The notes under the pieces are model-generated. The model worked only from the letters and a program-made list of their open reading frames with translations, did no database searches and was not told where the DNA came from. A DNA stretch of 64,000 nucleotides, from contig CAWHDR010000001.1 of NCBI GenBank assembly GCA_963828165.1, positions 2,272,001 through 2,336,000 of the forward strand, written 5' to 3'. A program made the position numbers and the translations under genes. The stretch comes from an uncultured Chloroflexia bacterium. Lineage in GTDB: Bacteria; Chloroflexota; Limnocylindria; Limnocylindrales; CSP1-4. How positions within the stretch are numbered: position 1 is the stretch's first letter; the number at the start of each line of letters is the position of its first letter. Below, piece by piece: positions 9,696 through 20,061 of the stretch.

Positions 9696-10613
9696 TCAGA
9701 GATCGCGGTCGAGCGGGATGCCTCCGACCGGGATGCTGCCGCCGGCTCGATCGGACTCCCCTCGGCCCAACGCCTCGTCGAGCACGGCCTCGTCCATGAG
9801 GACGGTCTCGGCCTCACCCGGGAACGTGCCCGCCTCGACGTCTGCGGCATACGCCCGCGCCGCCTCGGCGATCGTCGTCCGCAGCTGCGCGTACGGTCGA
9901 GCGTGCCGCGGCACGAAGTCGCCCAGCCCAAGGAGATCCGTGATGACCTGGACCTGTCCGCTGCAGCCCGGGCCCGCCCCGATGCCGATCGTCGGGATCC
10001 GCAACCGTTCGGTGATCGCGGTCGCCAGCTGCGCAGGCATGAGCTCGAGCACGATCGAGAAGGCCCCTGCCTCCTGGACGGCGAGTGCATCTGCCAGCAG
10101 GGTCCGGGCCTGGGATCGGTCCTTGCCCTGGACCTTGACCTTGCCACCCATGCCGAGCTGCGCCTGTGGCGTCCAGCCGATGTGGCCCATGACCGGGATG
10201 CCGGCCTTGACCATCGCCTCGATGACGCGGGCGGAGCGGACGCCACCTTCGATCTTGACGGCCTGGGCCCCAGCCTCCTGCAGGAAGCGGCCCGCGTTCT
10301 CGAGCGCCTCGTCGACCGTGGAATAGGTCAGGAACGGCATGTCGCCGATCACCATCGCGCGTTGCGAGCCCCGCACGACCGCCTTGGTGTGGTGGAGCAT
10401 CTCGGTCATCGTCACGCGCACGGTGGACTCGTAGCCGAGGAGCACCTGGCCCAGGGAGTCGCCCACCAGCAGCAGCGGGACCCCGGCCTCGTCGAGGATC
10501 TGGGCGGTCGGGTAGTCGTAGGCCGTCAGCATCGGCAGGCGCTGGCCGTCGCCGTAGCGCTTGGCGATGTCAGCGACGGTCAGGCGGCGCGGGGCGTCGG
10601 TCTGAGCGCTCAT
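9696..10613 (-). CDS. panB: 3-methyl-2-oxobutanoate hydroxymethyltransferase
   Basis: MLTAYD, LLVGDSLG, DMPF, AVKIEGG, GHIG, IGIGAG, GQVQV. Confidence 0.95.
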   Translation of the reverse strand: MSAQTDAPRRLTVADIAKRYGDGQRLPMLTAYDYPTAQILDEAGVPLLLVGDSLGQVLLGYESTVRVTMTEMLHHTKAVVRGSQRAMVIGDMPFLTYSTVDEALENAGRFLQEAGAQAVKIEGGVRSARVIEAMVKAGIPVMGHIGWTPQAQLGMGGKVKVQGKDRSQARTLLADALAVQEAGAFSIVLELMPAQLATAITERLRIPTIGIGAGPGCSGQVQVITDLLGLGDFVPRHARPYAQLRTTIAEAARAYAADVEAGTFPGEAETVLMDEAVLDEALGRGESDRAGGSIPVGGIPLDRDL

Positions 10614-11968
10614 GGCTTCGAAGTCTGCGCGTCGGCGTCGCGGGCGTCCAGCGCGAGCGCGATGCGGTCCAGCAGCCGGTCGGCCACCTCGCGCTTGCTC
10701 AGCAGCGGCAGGTCGTCGCGCTCGCCGTCGAGGGCGAGGATGCTCACCCGGTTCGTGTCCGTCCCGAACCCGGAACCGGCCTCCGCGACGTCGTTGGCCA
10801 CGAGCAGGTCGACCCCCTTGCGCTTGAGCTTCTCGGCCGCCCGCTCAATCGAACCGGTCTCCGCCGCGAAGCCGACCAGGTAGGGCCGCGGCTCCACGGC
10901 CTGTGCGGTCGCCTCGCCATTGGTGTCGGTGCCGCGCACGATCCGAGCGAGCTGGGCCAGGACGTCGGGCGTCGGCTCGAGCTGGAGCGTGAGCCCGGCG
11001 GCAATGCGCTCGAGCTTCGTTTCGGCGGTGCTCACCGGCCGGAAATCGGCCACGGCTGCAGCCATGACGAGCGCATCGAAGCCGGCGGCGCCGTCGGGTC
11101 GATGGGTGAGGCGCAGCAGGGCCGCCCGCAGCTCGGCGGTCGATTCGACGTGGACGACCTCGGCGTCGTCCGGCAGCGCCACCTCGAGGTTGGCTGCCAC
11201 CACCGTGACCTGCGCGCCGCGCTCCAGGGCCGCCGCGGCGATGGCCGCACCCATCCGACCGGTCGATCGATTGCCGATGAAGCGCACCGGATCGATGGCC
11301 TCGCGCGTGCCGCCGGCGCTCACGACGATGTGACGACCCGCCAGGTCCGTATCGCGAGGGCCGTCGACGACGGGTGGGCGCCGGCTCGGGTCGGGGGCAC
11401 GGACCGGGGTACTGCCGACGGCCGCAACGACCGCATCCACGATCGACGGCAGGTCGGCGAGCCGCCCGACGCCCGACTGCCCCGATGCCAGCTCACCGGC
11501 CGCGGGCTCCACGATCACGTATCCGAACGCATCCCGCAGTCGCGCGACATTCGCCTTCGTCGCCGGGTGGGTCCACATGTCGCCGTCCATCGCCGGCGCG
11601 ACGACCACCGGCGCCCCGGATGCCAGGACCGTCGCCGTCACGACGTCCCCGGCCAGACCGTTGGCCATGGCTCCGAGGAAGTGCGCCGTCGCCGGAGCCA
11701 CCACGATCGCATCGGCGCTGTCCGCGACCACGATGTGCCCGATCCGGCCGTCCGGCAGCAGCTCGAGGATGTCGGTCTCGACCGGATGCCTCGATAGCGC
11801 GGCGAACGTGAGTGGGCCCACGAACCGGGTCGCCGCCGGGCTGAGCATCACCGCGACCTCCGCGCCCTCGGCCCGGAACAGCCGGAGCAGCTCGACCGCC
11901 TTGTACGCGGCGATCGAGCCCGTGACTCCGAGGGCGATGAGCCGGCCGCTGAGGCGCCCCTCCGTCAC
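10610..11968 (-). CDS. coaBC: Bifunctional phosphopantothenoylcysteine decarboxylase/ligase
   Basis: GVTGSIAAYKA, APATA, APAM, GRLA, GGTREAIDPVRFIGNRSTGRMG, AAVADF, VGFAAET; GTG start overlaps the coaX stop. Confidence 0.93.
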   Translation of the reverse strand: MTEGRLSGRLIALGVTGSIAAYKAVELLRLFRAEGAEVAVMLSPAATRFVGPLTFAALSRHPVETDILELLPDGRIGHIVVADSADAIVVAPATAHFLGAMANGLAGDVVTATVLASGAPVVVAPAMDGDMWTHPATKANVARLRDAFGYVIVEPAAGELASGQSGVGRLADLPSIVDAVVAAVGSTPVRAPDPSRRPPVVDGPRDTDLAGRHIVVSAGGTREAIDPVRFIGNRSTGRMGAAIAAAALERGAQVTVVAANLEVALPDDAEVVHVESTAELRAALLRLTHRPDGAAGFDALVMAAAVADFRPVSTAETKLERIAAGLTLQLEPTPDVLAQLARIVRGTDTNGEATAQAVEPRPYLVGFAAETGSIERAAEKLKRKGVDLLVANDVAEAGSGFGTDTNRVSILALDGERDDLPLLSKREVADRLLDRIALALDARDADAQTSKP

Positions 11969-12777
11969 GGCAACCCGAGCTCCAGCCGCTCCCCGCCGGC
12001 GACCTCGGCGTGCAGGATGGCGAGGCCCTTCAACGTGAGATCGGGATCGATGGCGTCGATGCCTTCGAGGTCGGCGGCCCACGGCGCCGCGGACAGCCCG
12101 CCGGTCAGGATGGCCTTGACCTCGCGCGGTTCGACGCCGGCGGCATCCGCGAGCTCCCCCCGGACGCGGCGCAGCAACCCGGTCGTCAGCGCCTGGTAGC
12201 CGAAGATCGTGCCCGATTGCATCGCGCTGATCGTGTCTCGCCCGATCGCCCGGTCGGGGGCGCGCAGTTCGATGCGCGGGAGCTTGGCCGTGCGCGCGGC
12301 GAGGGCCTCGAGCCCGAGCTCCAGGCCCGGGGCGATGGCTCCACCGACATACGCGCCGTCCGTGGCCACGCAGTCGAGCGTGGTCGCCGTCCCGAAATCG
12401 ACCACGACGGCCGGCGTGCCGTACAGCCGCGCTGCGGCCAGGGCATTGACGAGACGATCGGCGCCGACCTCGCCCGGCCGGTCGACGCGAACGGCGAGCG
12501 GCACGATCCCGGCCGCGGCCACGGTCAGCGGCCGCTCGCGCCGGGCGGCGATCGCCTCGACGTGCGCCGTCAGGGCCGGGACCACGGACGCGCAGGCGAT
12601 CGCATCGACGTCGCCGAACGACGCGTCGTCGAGGCGCAGCAGCCCGTCGAGCATAAGGTCGAGCTCGTCGGCCGTGGCCCGCGCTTCGGTGGCGGCACGG
12701 CGGGTCGCGATGAGCCTTCCGCCGCGCAGGAGGCCGATCGAGACGTTCGTGTTCCCGATGTCGATGGCGAGCAACAT
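11965..12777 (-). CDS. coaX: Type III pantothenate kinase
   Basis: LLAIDIGNTN, ASVVP, VGADR, VVDFGTATT, GGAIAPG, TGG. Confidence 0.95.
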   Translation of the reverse strand: MLLAIDIGNTNVSIGLLRGGRLIATRRAATEARATADELDLMLDGLLRLDDASFGDVDAIACASVVPALTAHVEAIAARRERPLTVAAAGIVPLAVRVDRPGEVGADRLVNALAAARLYGTPAVVVDFGTATTLDCVATDGAYVGGAIAPGLELGLEALAARTAKLPRIELRAPDRAIGRDTISAMQSGTIFGYQALTTGLLRRVRGELADAAGVEPREVKAILTGGLSAAPWAADLEGIDAIDPDLTLKGLAILHAEVAGGERLELGLP

Positions 12778-12895
12778 GGCCGCGATGATACGCGGCGGCC
12801 GATTCGGGGTCGCCGCGGCCCTCACCGTGCGGTACCATCGCCGACGACCGTCGTCCCCCAACGACCACGTCCCAGCGCCCCCGAGGAGACCCCAC

Positions 12896-13330
12896 GTGTC
12901 GACCCCGCCGGCCAAGTTCTTCGTGAACCAGGGCGTCGTGTCAAGCGCGGCCGACATGCTCCACTTGTTGCGCCCCCTGCTCAAGCAGACCGTCAGCTAC
13001 CGGTACCTGCGCGGCCGCGAGGTCGTCTCCCACGGAACGGGCTGGGTCGAGCGCATCGTGACCGACGCGCCGGACACCTCGACGTACTTCACGCCGCTGG
13101 CGATCACCCTGAACATCGATTCCTTCGAGCATCTCGAGTTCGAGACGCGCCCCGACCAGCTGCTCGTCTATGTGCTCGTCCAGGGCGACGAGCGGGTCAT
13201 CGTCGAGTTCGCGCCGATCGGCGCAAGTGGCGAGGATGTCTCGCCGTTCGCCCCGCGTCAGCTCGAGTTCGACACGTCCGATTTCGTCCAGATGGAGCTG
13301 CTCGGCCTCGACGCCCACGAGGACGAATAG
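12896..13330 (+). CDS. Hypothetical protein (144 aa)
   Basis: GAGGAG RBS then GTG; GC3-biased codons; acidic C-terminus; no family recognised. Confidence 0.75.
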   Translation: MSTPPAKFFVNQGVVSSAADMLHLLRPLLKQTVSYRYLRGREVVSHGTGWVERIVTDAPDTSTYFTPLAITLNIDSFEHLEFETRPDQLLVYVLVQGDERVIVEFAPIGASGEDVSPFAPRQLEFDTSDFVQMELLGLDAHEDE

Positions 13331-13443
13331 CCGATCCGGGACGCCGGCGCGGTGGGACGCCGGCGGAGAGCGAACCATGGCGCGGTCCGAGCCCGCCCAA
13401 CGAGGCTCGGCGCGCGGTCGAGGGCAAGGAGGGAAAGAACCAG

Positions 13444-14853
13444 GTGGACGATGTCCAGAACCGGCCCGTCCCGGAGGGAGGCGGCGGCGCGCTCGCCGAG
13501 TACTTCAAGTTCGCCGAACGTGGGACGAACCTAGCCACCGAGATCAAGGCCGGGGTGACCACGTTCCTGGTCATGGCCTACATCCTGTTCCTGAACCCGG
13601 CCATCCTCTCGAACATGTTCGGCGCTCCGGGCTCGCCCGAGGCGTTGGCGTTCATCCCTGCCGCCGCGGCCGCCACGGCGCTCGTCGCGGGCGTCGTGAC
13701 GATCGGGATGGGCCTCATCGCGAACACGCCGCTCGCCCTGGCGGCCGGCCTTGGCATCAACGGTGCCGTGGCCTTCGGGCTCGTCCTGACCCAGGGCCTG
13801 ACTCCGGCCGGGGCCATGGGCGTCATCGTCCTCGAGGGCCTCATCGTCACCGTCCTCGTGCTGGTCGGCCTGCGCGAGGCGATCATGCGAGCCGTCCCGA
13901 TGGCCCTCAAGCGCGCGATCGGCGTCGGGATCGGCCTGTTCATCCTGTTCATCGGCTTCATCGACGCCGGGATCATCGTCAAGACCGGCGGCTCGTCGGC
14001 CGAGAACCCGGTGCCGGTCACCTTCGTGTACCCCACCGAACCCGTGCACTTCCTGTTCTGGCTCGGCCTGCTGATCACCGTCGTCCTGTGGGCGCGGAAG
14101 GTGCCGGCGGCCCTGCTGATCAGCATCCTCGTGACGACGGCCATCGCCCTTGCGGTCGGCATCCAGCCACTGCCGACCTCGTTCGTGGCCACGCCCGACT
14201 TCTCGACGCTCGGGGACTTCGACCTGACGAATGTCTTCGTGGTCCTTGGCGGTCTGGCCGCCGCACTGACGATCTTCAGCTTCATGCTGACCGACTTCTT
14301 CGACACGATGGGCACGGCCACCGCGATCAGCGAGCAGGCCGGTCTCGTCGACGAGGGGGGCCAACCGGAAAACGTCGGTCGGATCCTGCTGGTCGACTCC
14401 GTCGCGGCTGTCGCCGGTGGCGCGGCCGGCATCAGCTCGAACACGAGCTACATCGAGAGTGCCGCTGGCGTCGCTGAAGGGGGCCGGACCGGCTTCACGT
14501 CGGTCGTCACCGGCGTGCTCTTCCTGGCCGCGATCCTGCTGACGCCGCTGGCCGTGCTCGTGCCGTACGTCGCGACCGGGCCGGTCCTGGTCTTCGTCGG
14601 GTTCCTCATGATCGGCTTGATCAAAGACATCGACTTCAGTGATATCGAGGAAGGCTTCCCGGCACTGCTCGGGCTCATCCTCATGCCCCTGACCTTCAGC
14701 ATCACGGTCGGCATCGGGGCGGCATTCGTGGCGTATGTCGTCGTGAAGCTCGCGAAGGGCAAGATCGGTGAAATTCATCCGCTGATGTGGGCGGTCGCGG
14801 TCGCCTTCGTCATCTACTTCATGCAGAACTGGCTCAACGCCACCGTCATCTGA
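13444..14853 (+). CDS. NCS2/AzgA-like purine permease
   Basis: AGVTTFLVMAYILFLNP, DFFDTMGT, YIESAAGVAEGGRTG, MPLTFSI. Confidence 0.92.
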   Translation: MDDVQNRPVPEGGGGALAEYFKFAERGTNLATEIKAGVTTFLVMAYILFLNPAILSNMFGAPGSPEALAFIPAAAAATALVAGVVTIGMGLIANTPLALAAGLGINGAVAFGLVLTQGLTPAGAMGVIVLEGLIVTVLVLVGLREAIMRAVPMALKRAIGVGIGLFILFIGFIDAGIIVKTGGSSAENPVPVTFVYPTEPVHFLFWLGLLITVVLWARKVPAALLISILVTTAIALAVGIQPLPTSFVATPDFSTLGDFDLTNVFVVLGGLAAALTIFSFMLTDFFDTMGTATAISEQAGLVDEGGQPENVGRILLVDSVAAVAGGAAGISSNTSYIESAAGVAEGGRTGFTSVVTGVLFLAAILLTPLAVLVPYVATGPVLVFVGFLMIGLIKDIDFSDIEEGFPALLGLILMPLTFSITVGIGAAFVAYVVVKLAKGKIGEIHPLMWAVAVAFVIYFMQNWLNATVI

Positions 14854-14925
14854 CAGGCGCGCACGTCTTGGGCGCCCCGGCCGGCCGGCCGGGGCGCCCT
14901 TCGCGTTCCTGTACCATCGGCCGCG

Positions 14926-16194
14926 ATGTTCGAACGGACCGCGCTGCCCTCGGGGCCGCGCGTGATCAGCTCCCGGGTGCCCGGGGCGCGTTCGGTCTCC
15001 ATCGCGGCATACGTCCTGGCCGGCTCGCGCCTGGAATCCGCGGCCGAGACCGGCGTCGCCCACTTCATGGAGCACATCACGTTCAAGGGCACGCGGGCCT
15101 ACCCATCGACGCGCTCGATCAGCGAGGCGATCGAAGGTGTCGGTGGCTCGTTCAACGCCTCGACCGACCGGGAATCGACCGTCTACTGGGTTCGCGTCCC
15201 GCGTCGCGAGGCGCCGCGGGCGGTCGATGTCCTCGGGGAGCTCATCGTCCGACCCCTGCTCGACGCGGAGGAGATCGAGGGCGAGCGCTCGGTGATCATC
15301 GAGGAGATCCGCTCGTACCAGGACGACCCAGCCGAGTACGCGCAGATCCTGTTCCAGACCGCGCTGTTCGGCGATGGCCCGCTGGGTCGGGAGATCTGCG
15401 GGGACGAGACCGGCATCCGGGCGCTCCCCGACACGACCATCCGCGACTTCTGGCGAACGACGTACCGCCCGGCCAACACCGTGATCGCGGTGGCCGGCGA
15501 TATCGCGCATGCGGAGGCCGTCGAGCTCGCCGCCGCGGCGTTCGGCACGGGCAACGGGAAGATCCCGGACTACGACCCCGCCCCGCTGTTGCCCGCCGGC
15601 GAGCGCTCCCGACTCGGCAAGCGCCAGACCTCGCAGGCGCAGCTCGTCATCGGGCTCCCGGCGTTGCGTCGCGACCATGCCGACAGCTGGATCCTGGCAC
15701 TCCTGAACGCGATCCTCGGCGACGGCATGAGCAGCCGCCTGTTCCTGTCGGTGCGCGAGGAACGCGGGCTCGCCTACGACATCGGGTCGGGCATCGTCGA
15801 TTACGCGGATGCCGGGTCCATCGAGATCTCCGCGGGCGTCGACCCGGCCGGGCTGCGCGATGCGCTCGCGGCCATCCTCGACGAGCTCGTCCGGCTCCGT
15901 GACGAGCTCGTCCCGCCCGAGGAGCTGGACAAGGCCCGGCGCTACCTGTCAGGTGGTCTCGAGCTGCGCATGGACGAGACCCGCCATGTCGCGTCCTGGA
16001 TCGGTGGCCAGGAGGCGCTCCACGATCGGGTGCTGACCCTCGAGGAGGCGCTCGCCGAGTTCGAGGCGGTCACGGCGGAGGACATCGCGAGGGTCGCGGG
16101 CGAACTGATCCGCGACGACGGCCTGCGACTTGCCGCGGTGGCGCCGGCGCGTTACCTGCGTGGGCTCGAGAAGCACCTGCGGCTACCGTCCTGA
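14926..16194 (+). CDS. M16 family zinc peptidase
   Basis: HFMEH inverted zinc motif, NAST, SSRLFLSVREERGLAY. Confidence 0.93.
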   Translation: MFERTALPSGPRVISSRVPGARSVSIAAYVLAGSRLESAAETGVAHFMEHITFKGTRAYPSTRSISEAIEGVGGSFNASTDRESTVYWVRVPRREAPRAVDVLGELIVRPLLDAEEIEGERSVIIEEIRSYQDDPAEYAQILFQTALFGDGPLGREICGDETGIRALPDTTIRDFWRTTYRPANTVIAVAGDIAHAEAVELAAAAFGTGNGKIPDYDPAPLLPAGERSRLGKRQTSQAQLVIGLPALRRDHADSWILALLNAILGDGMSSRLFLSVREERGLAYDIGSGIVDYADAGSIEISAGVDPAGLRDALAAILDELVRLRDELVPPEELDKARRYLSGGLELRMDETRHVASWIGGQEALHDRVLTLEEALAEFEAVTAEDIARVAGELIRDDGLRLAAVAPARYLRGLEKHLRLPS

Positions 16195-17294
16195 TGAGCG
16201 TGGCAGAGGACGGCGGCGTCGCGACCCGCGGTTCGGACCTCGCCCTGGCACGGCTGCACCTGCGACTGGGGTCGCTGGCCCTGGCACGCGCCGAGCTCGA
16301 GACCCTGGCCGGTCGGGACGCGCTCGACCGGGACGGACTCGTCGACCTCGCCGAGGCTCGCTGGCGCACGGGCGACATCGCCGGCGCCGGAGAAGCCGCC
16401 GTGGCCGCCCTGGACGACGAGGACGGTCCACTCCTCGCGCTCGTGGTCGCCGCGGAGGCGGCCGCCGCACGCGGCCGCCCGACGGAGGCCCGGCGCCTCG
16501 CGGATCGGGCGATGGAGGTCGCGGACGGCTCGATCGACGTGTTGTTCGCGGGCATGCCGCGCGCTGGCGTCTGGCCGCCCGATGCCGCGGCGCCGCCGCC
16601 GTCGCCGACGACCATGTTCGACCCTCCGCGCCGCGTCTCATCGGTCGTGCACCGTCATCCGCGGCCGCACGACGAGGGAGCGGCCGTAGAGGTGCCTGCG
16701 CCCGGCGCGGTGGGCGAGACTCCCGCCGGCCCGAGCGCCGACGCGGACGCCGCGACCATCGGCCTGTGGGAGGCCACGGTCGCGACGCATGACCCCGATC
16801 CCGTCCCCGATCTGACCGCCGATGTAGAAGCGCGCGATGAGATCGACGCCCTCAACGACCAGCCGACGGGCGAAACGGAGCTGGATCTCGGGCGTGCGGC
16901 GCTCGAAGCGGGCGACGCGGACGAGGCGGCCGTCCGGCTCGGGCTCGTGCTCCGGGTCGCGCCCGCCCTCGCGCCCGCGGTCCTCGACCTGGTCGAGGGC
17001 CGGACGGAGCGAGGGATGGCCCTCGTCCGGGGAGATGCGTACCGACTTGTCGGGCGCGAGATCGAGGCCCGTCGCGCCTTCGCCGAGGCGGCCAGCGGGG
17101 GGTGGTGGCCACCGTCCGCCCCAGATCACGAGCCCGATACGCGCCGAGATGAGCCCAGCCACCCTGCGGGACCGTCTGCCGAGGCGGGAACGGCACTGCA
17201 GGCCGACGAGCACCGGGCTCCGGCAGCCGAGCCGCCCGAGGACGTTCCGTACGACCCATCCACTGACCCACCCACCCAAGGAGACCCTGCGTGA
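16194..17294 (+). CDS. Hypothetical protein with TPR-like helical segments
   Basis: Start and stop overlap both neighbours; Ala/Leu-rich helical repeats separated by low-complexity linkers. Confidence 0.7.
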   Translation: MSVAEDGGVATRGSDLALARLHLRLGSLALARAELETLAGRDALDRDGLVDLAEARWRTGDIAGAGEAAVAALDDEDGPLLALVVAAEAAAARGRPTEARRLADRAMEVADGSIDVLFAGMPRAGVWPPDAAAPPPSPTTMFDPPRRVSSVVHRHPRPHDEGAAVEVPAPGAVGETPAGPSADADAATIGLWEATVATHDPDPVPDLTADVEARDEIDALNDQPTGETELDLGRAALEAGDADEAAVRLGLVLRVAPALAPAVLDLVEGRTERGMALVRGDAYRLVGREIEARRAFAEAASGGWWPPSAPDHEPDTRRDEPSHPAGPSAEAGTALQADEHRAPAAEPPEDVPYDPSTDPPTQGDPA

Positions 17295-17752
17295 CCGAAC
17301 GAACCCTTGTCCTCGTCAAGCCCGACGGCGTGCAGCGCCAGCTGACCGGCCGGATCCTGGCCCGGTACGAGGAGCGTGGCCTCAAGGTCGTCGGCCTCAA
17401 GCTCGTCCAGGTCGAGCGCGACCTCGCGGAACGCCACTACGCGGCGCATCGCGAGAAGCCGTTCTTCGCCGGCCTGGTCGAGTTCATCACGTCCGCGCCG
17501 CTCGTCGCCCTCGCCCTCGAGGGACCGAACGCGATCGCGGTGGTCCGTGCGATCAACGGCGCGACGCGCCCGCACGAGGCGGCGCCCGGGACGATCCGCG
17601 GGGATTTCGCGCTCGAGACCGCGCAGAACATCGTCCACGCGTCCGACGGCCTCGAAGCGGCCGAGACCGAGCTCGCGCTGTGGTTCGCGCCCGGGGAGCT
17701 GTTCGACTACGAGCGAGACATCGATCGCTGGGTCCTGGCGCCGGAGGAGTAG
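17291..17752 (+). CDS. ndk: Nucleoside diphosphate kinase
   Basis: ERTLVLVKPDGVQR, KPFF, PGTIRGDF, NIVHASD. Confidence 0.97.
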   Translation: MTERTLVLVKPDGVQRQLTGRILARYEERGLKVVGLKLVQVERDLAERHYAAHREKPFFAGLVEFITSAPLVALALEGPNAIAVVRAINGATRPHEAAPGTIRGDFALETAQNIVHASDGLEAAETELALWFAPGELFDYERDIDRWVLAPEE

Positions 17753-17759
17753 GCCTCGG

Positions 17760-19334
17760 TCAGGGCGAGGGAGCTCCGCTGGGCTCGTCGTCCGAGGGCG
17801 GGGCCGATGGCGCTTCGCTGGGCTCACCGTCGGCGGGTGGCGCCGACGGCGCATCCGACTCGATCGGCTGCTGGGGTTCTTCAGGGGCGAACGACTCGCG
17901 GCTTACGTCGAGCGTGGGCGGCAGGCCTGCAGCCGCGCTTGACGCGCCGAACGCCCCGAACGACACGGCCAGCGCCAGGATGGCCAGGAGCGCCGCACCT
18001 CCCGTGGCGGTCACGCCCAGGTTGTCCGACCAGGTCCGGCCCAGCCAGCTTCGGATGTCGGTGAGATCCACCGGGGACACGATCGGACGGGGGCCCATGC
18101 CGCGGGCGGGACCGCCCTCGGGCCGCCCGACACCGACCGCGAACAGCCGCCCGTAATACAGGAGCGGCGACAGGGCGCCAAGCATCACGAGCGCGCCAAG
18201 CGGTCCCTCGATCGCAAGCCCGATGATCGCCCCACGGGCGTCGAACGCCGCCAGTCCCGGCACGCCGACGCTGGCCACGACGACCATCGCCAGGATCACG
18301 CCGAGCACGGGCGACCGGATCGCCCACCCGCGCAGGTCCTCGACCCTGCCCGTGAAGAACACCGAACGAGTTGCGGCGGCCCACGCGGCGAAGGCGCTCC
18401 GGGCGACGACGAACGCCAGGATCCAGGTGCGTGCGGGCGCCCAGGCCGCCGGATCGAGCGCGGCGATCGCGAGCAGTACGACGCCGGCGTCGCCGATGAT
18501 CGCGTAGCCGACGATGTGCTCGATGTCGTCCTGGATCAGCGCCGCCACGGATGCGAGCACGATCGAGGCGATCGCGATGGCGAGCACGACGAACCGAACG
18601 GCATCGAGATCCACGAGCAGCGGTGCGATGGACGCATCGGCCCACGCCAGGGCCACGACCGCGAAGGCGGCCGGCGCCCATGCCGTCACGAGCGGGAGCG
18701 AGGATTCCGGCACGTTGTCGGTCAGTGGCGCGGCCCAGGTATGGAGCGGGATGGCTCCGAACCGGATCGCGACCGCGATGGCGAACGCGAGGTAGGCAAG
18801 ACCGAAGACCACCGGCTGGGCGGCGAGATCGGTCAGGTCGCGTCCGATCCACGCGGTGGCCGCCACGGCCATCGTGCCGGCGACGACCGTCGCCCGCAGG
18901 ACGCGGGTCCCGACGGTCGCGCCCACGCGGCCGCCGATCGGAGCGAGCGTCACGAGTGCGCCGAAGCCCCCGCCGGCCGTCGCCGCGAGGACGGCGAGCC
19001 GGGCGTCGGGCAATGACAGGGCCAGGGCCGATGTCGCGAGCACCCCGAGCGTCACGGCCGCCGCGTCCCGCCGGCTGCCGACCGCCTGGCCCACCACGGC
19101 GAGTAACAGTCCGACTGCAGCCCCGAGGACGAGGAACAGACGGAGATACTCGGTGGTCGCGATCCCGGCTCCACCGATGGCGACGCTCTGACCCGGACTG
19201 ATCGCGAGGGCCGTCACCCCGGCCCCGATGAGGCCGGTGACGGCGATGGCGGTCGCGACCCGTTCGTTGCCCCGCAGCAGCAACGCCAGCACCGCCCCGA
19301 CGGTCGTGACCAGCACGAAGGGGAGGAGGCTCAT
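17760..19334 (-). CDS. NuoN/MrpD-like antiporter-subunit homologue (degenerate)
   Basis: About 14 TM; GAIPLHTW, QDDIEHIVGY, DLRG...SP, GVPG..F match the Proton_antipo_M layout. Confidence 0.75.
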   Translation of the reverse strand: MSLLPFVLVTTVGAVLALLLRGNERVATAIAVTGLIGAGVTALAISPGQSVAIGGAGIATTEYLRLFLVLGAAVGLLLAVVGQAVGSRRDAAAVTLGVLATSALALSLPDARLAVLAATAGGGFGALVTLAPIGGRVGATVGTRVLRATVVAGTMAVAATAWIGRDLTDLAAQPVVFGLAYLAFAIAVAIRFGAIPLHTWAAPLTDNVPESSLPLVTAWAPAAFAVVALAWADASIAPLLVDLDAVRFVVLAIAIASIVLASVAALIQDDIEHIVGYAIIGDAGVVLLAIAALDPAAWAPARTWILAFVVARSAFAAWAAATRSVFFTGRVEDLRGWAIRSPVLGVILAMVVVASVGVPGLAAFDARGAIIGLAIEGPLGALVMLGALSPLLYYGRLFAVGVGRPEGGPARGMGPRPIVSPVDLTDIRSWLGRTWSDNLGVTATGGAALLAILALAVSFGAFGASSAAAGLPPTLDVSRESFAPEEPQQPIESDAPSAPPADGEPSEAPSAPPSDDEPSGAPSP

Positions 19335-19347
19335 CTGGCGTCTGCGG

Positions 19348-20016
19348 TCAGAGCTGTTCGCGCGGGTGCGCGTCCGGTTCGCGACGGACGCGAACGCGTG
19401 CTGGATCCGCGTACGCGTAGCCGCCGGAGCCATCGGCCCGGGCGCTGGCCGCCAGGGCCGCGAGCGCGCCGCCCAGCACGATCAGCATCGCCGCGGTCAC
19501 CAGCTGCTCGACCTCGCCCGGCGTGCCGCCGAGCCCCGTCCGGACCAGCAGCGCAGCGTCGATGAGCAGCAGCAGGCCCGTGCCCACACGGATGATGTCG
19601 CTGCCGGTCACGACCGGTGCCACGGCCAGCGCCGCGACGGCGAACCCGGCGGCGCTCGCGAGCGGCGGTCCATCGGCGGGGGCGCCCAGCCCGTGCGCGG
19701 CGTATCCCGCGACCATCGCCCCGGCCGCGAGCAGGATCTCGGACGGCCAGCCGATCCGCGAGCCACCGGTCGGGCTGGTGACGACCCCGCGGTCCCCACG
19801 ATGGCGGGCCACGACCCACAAGAGGTAGATGGCAAGGATGGCGCCGACGAGACGCGCGGCGAGCCCGAGGGGTGAGGCCAGGGGATCGGCAACGAGCGGA
19901 GTGGCGACCAGCGTCACCGCCAGGGCCAGGAGCACCGTCCGCGGATCCCGCGACGACACCACCACGACCGCCCCACCGACGACCGCGAGGGCGACGATCG
20001 CGATGATCGGCGTCAC
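19348..20016 (-). CDS. Polytopic membrane protein, possibly HyfE/NuoK-related
   Basis: About 6-7 hydrophobic helices; GGAGGAG RBS; co-oriented between lepB and the antiporter-like gene. Confidence 0.65.
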   Translation of the reverse strand: MTPIIAIVALAVVGGAVVVVSSRDPRTVLLALAVTLVATPLVADPLASPLGLAARLVGAILAIYLLWVVARHRGDRGVVTSPTGGSRIGWPSEILLAAGAMVAGYAAHGLGAPADGPPLASAAGFAVAALAVAPVVTGSDIIRVGTGLLLLIDAALLVRTGLGGTPGEVEQLVTAAMLIVLGGALAALAASARADGSGGYAYADPARVRVRREPDAHPREQL

Positions 20017-20061
20017 CGCGTCATCTCCTCCGCGTCGTCCCGCACCGCGTCGTCACACGGC

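Noticed and set aside
13331-13443. Purine riboswitch upstream of the NCS2 permease
   Set aside because: The conserved aptamer core is not visible; only GC-rich hairpins and a 12-bp direct repeat
10610-14853. Apparent long N-terminal extensions of coaBC (761 aa) and the NCS2 permease (947 aa)
   Set aside because: The extensions run through coaX and other genes out of frame; real starts with RBS or overlap are at 11968 and 13444
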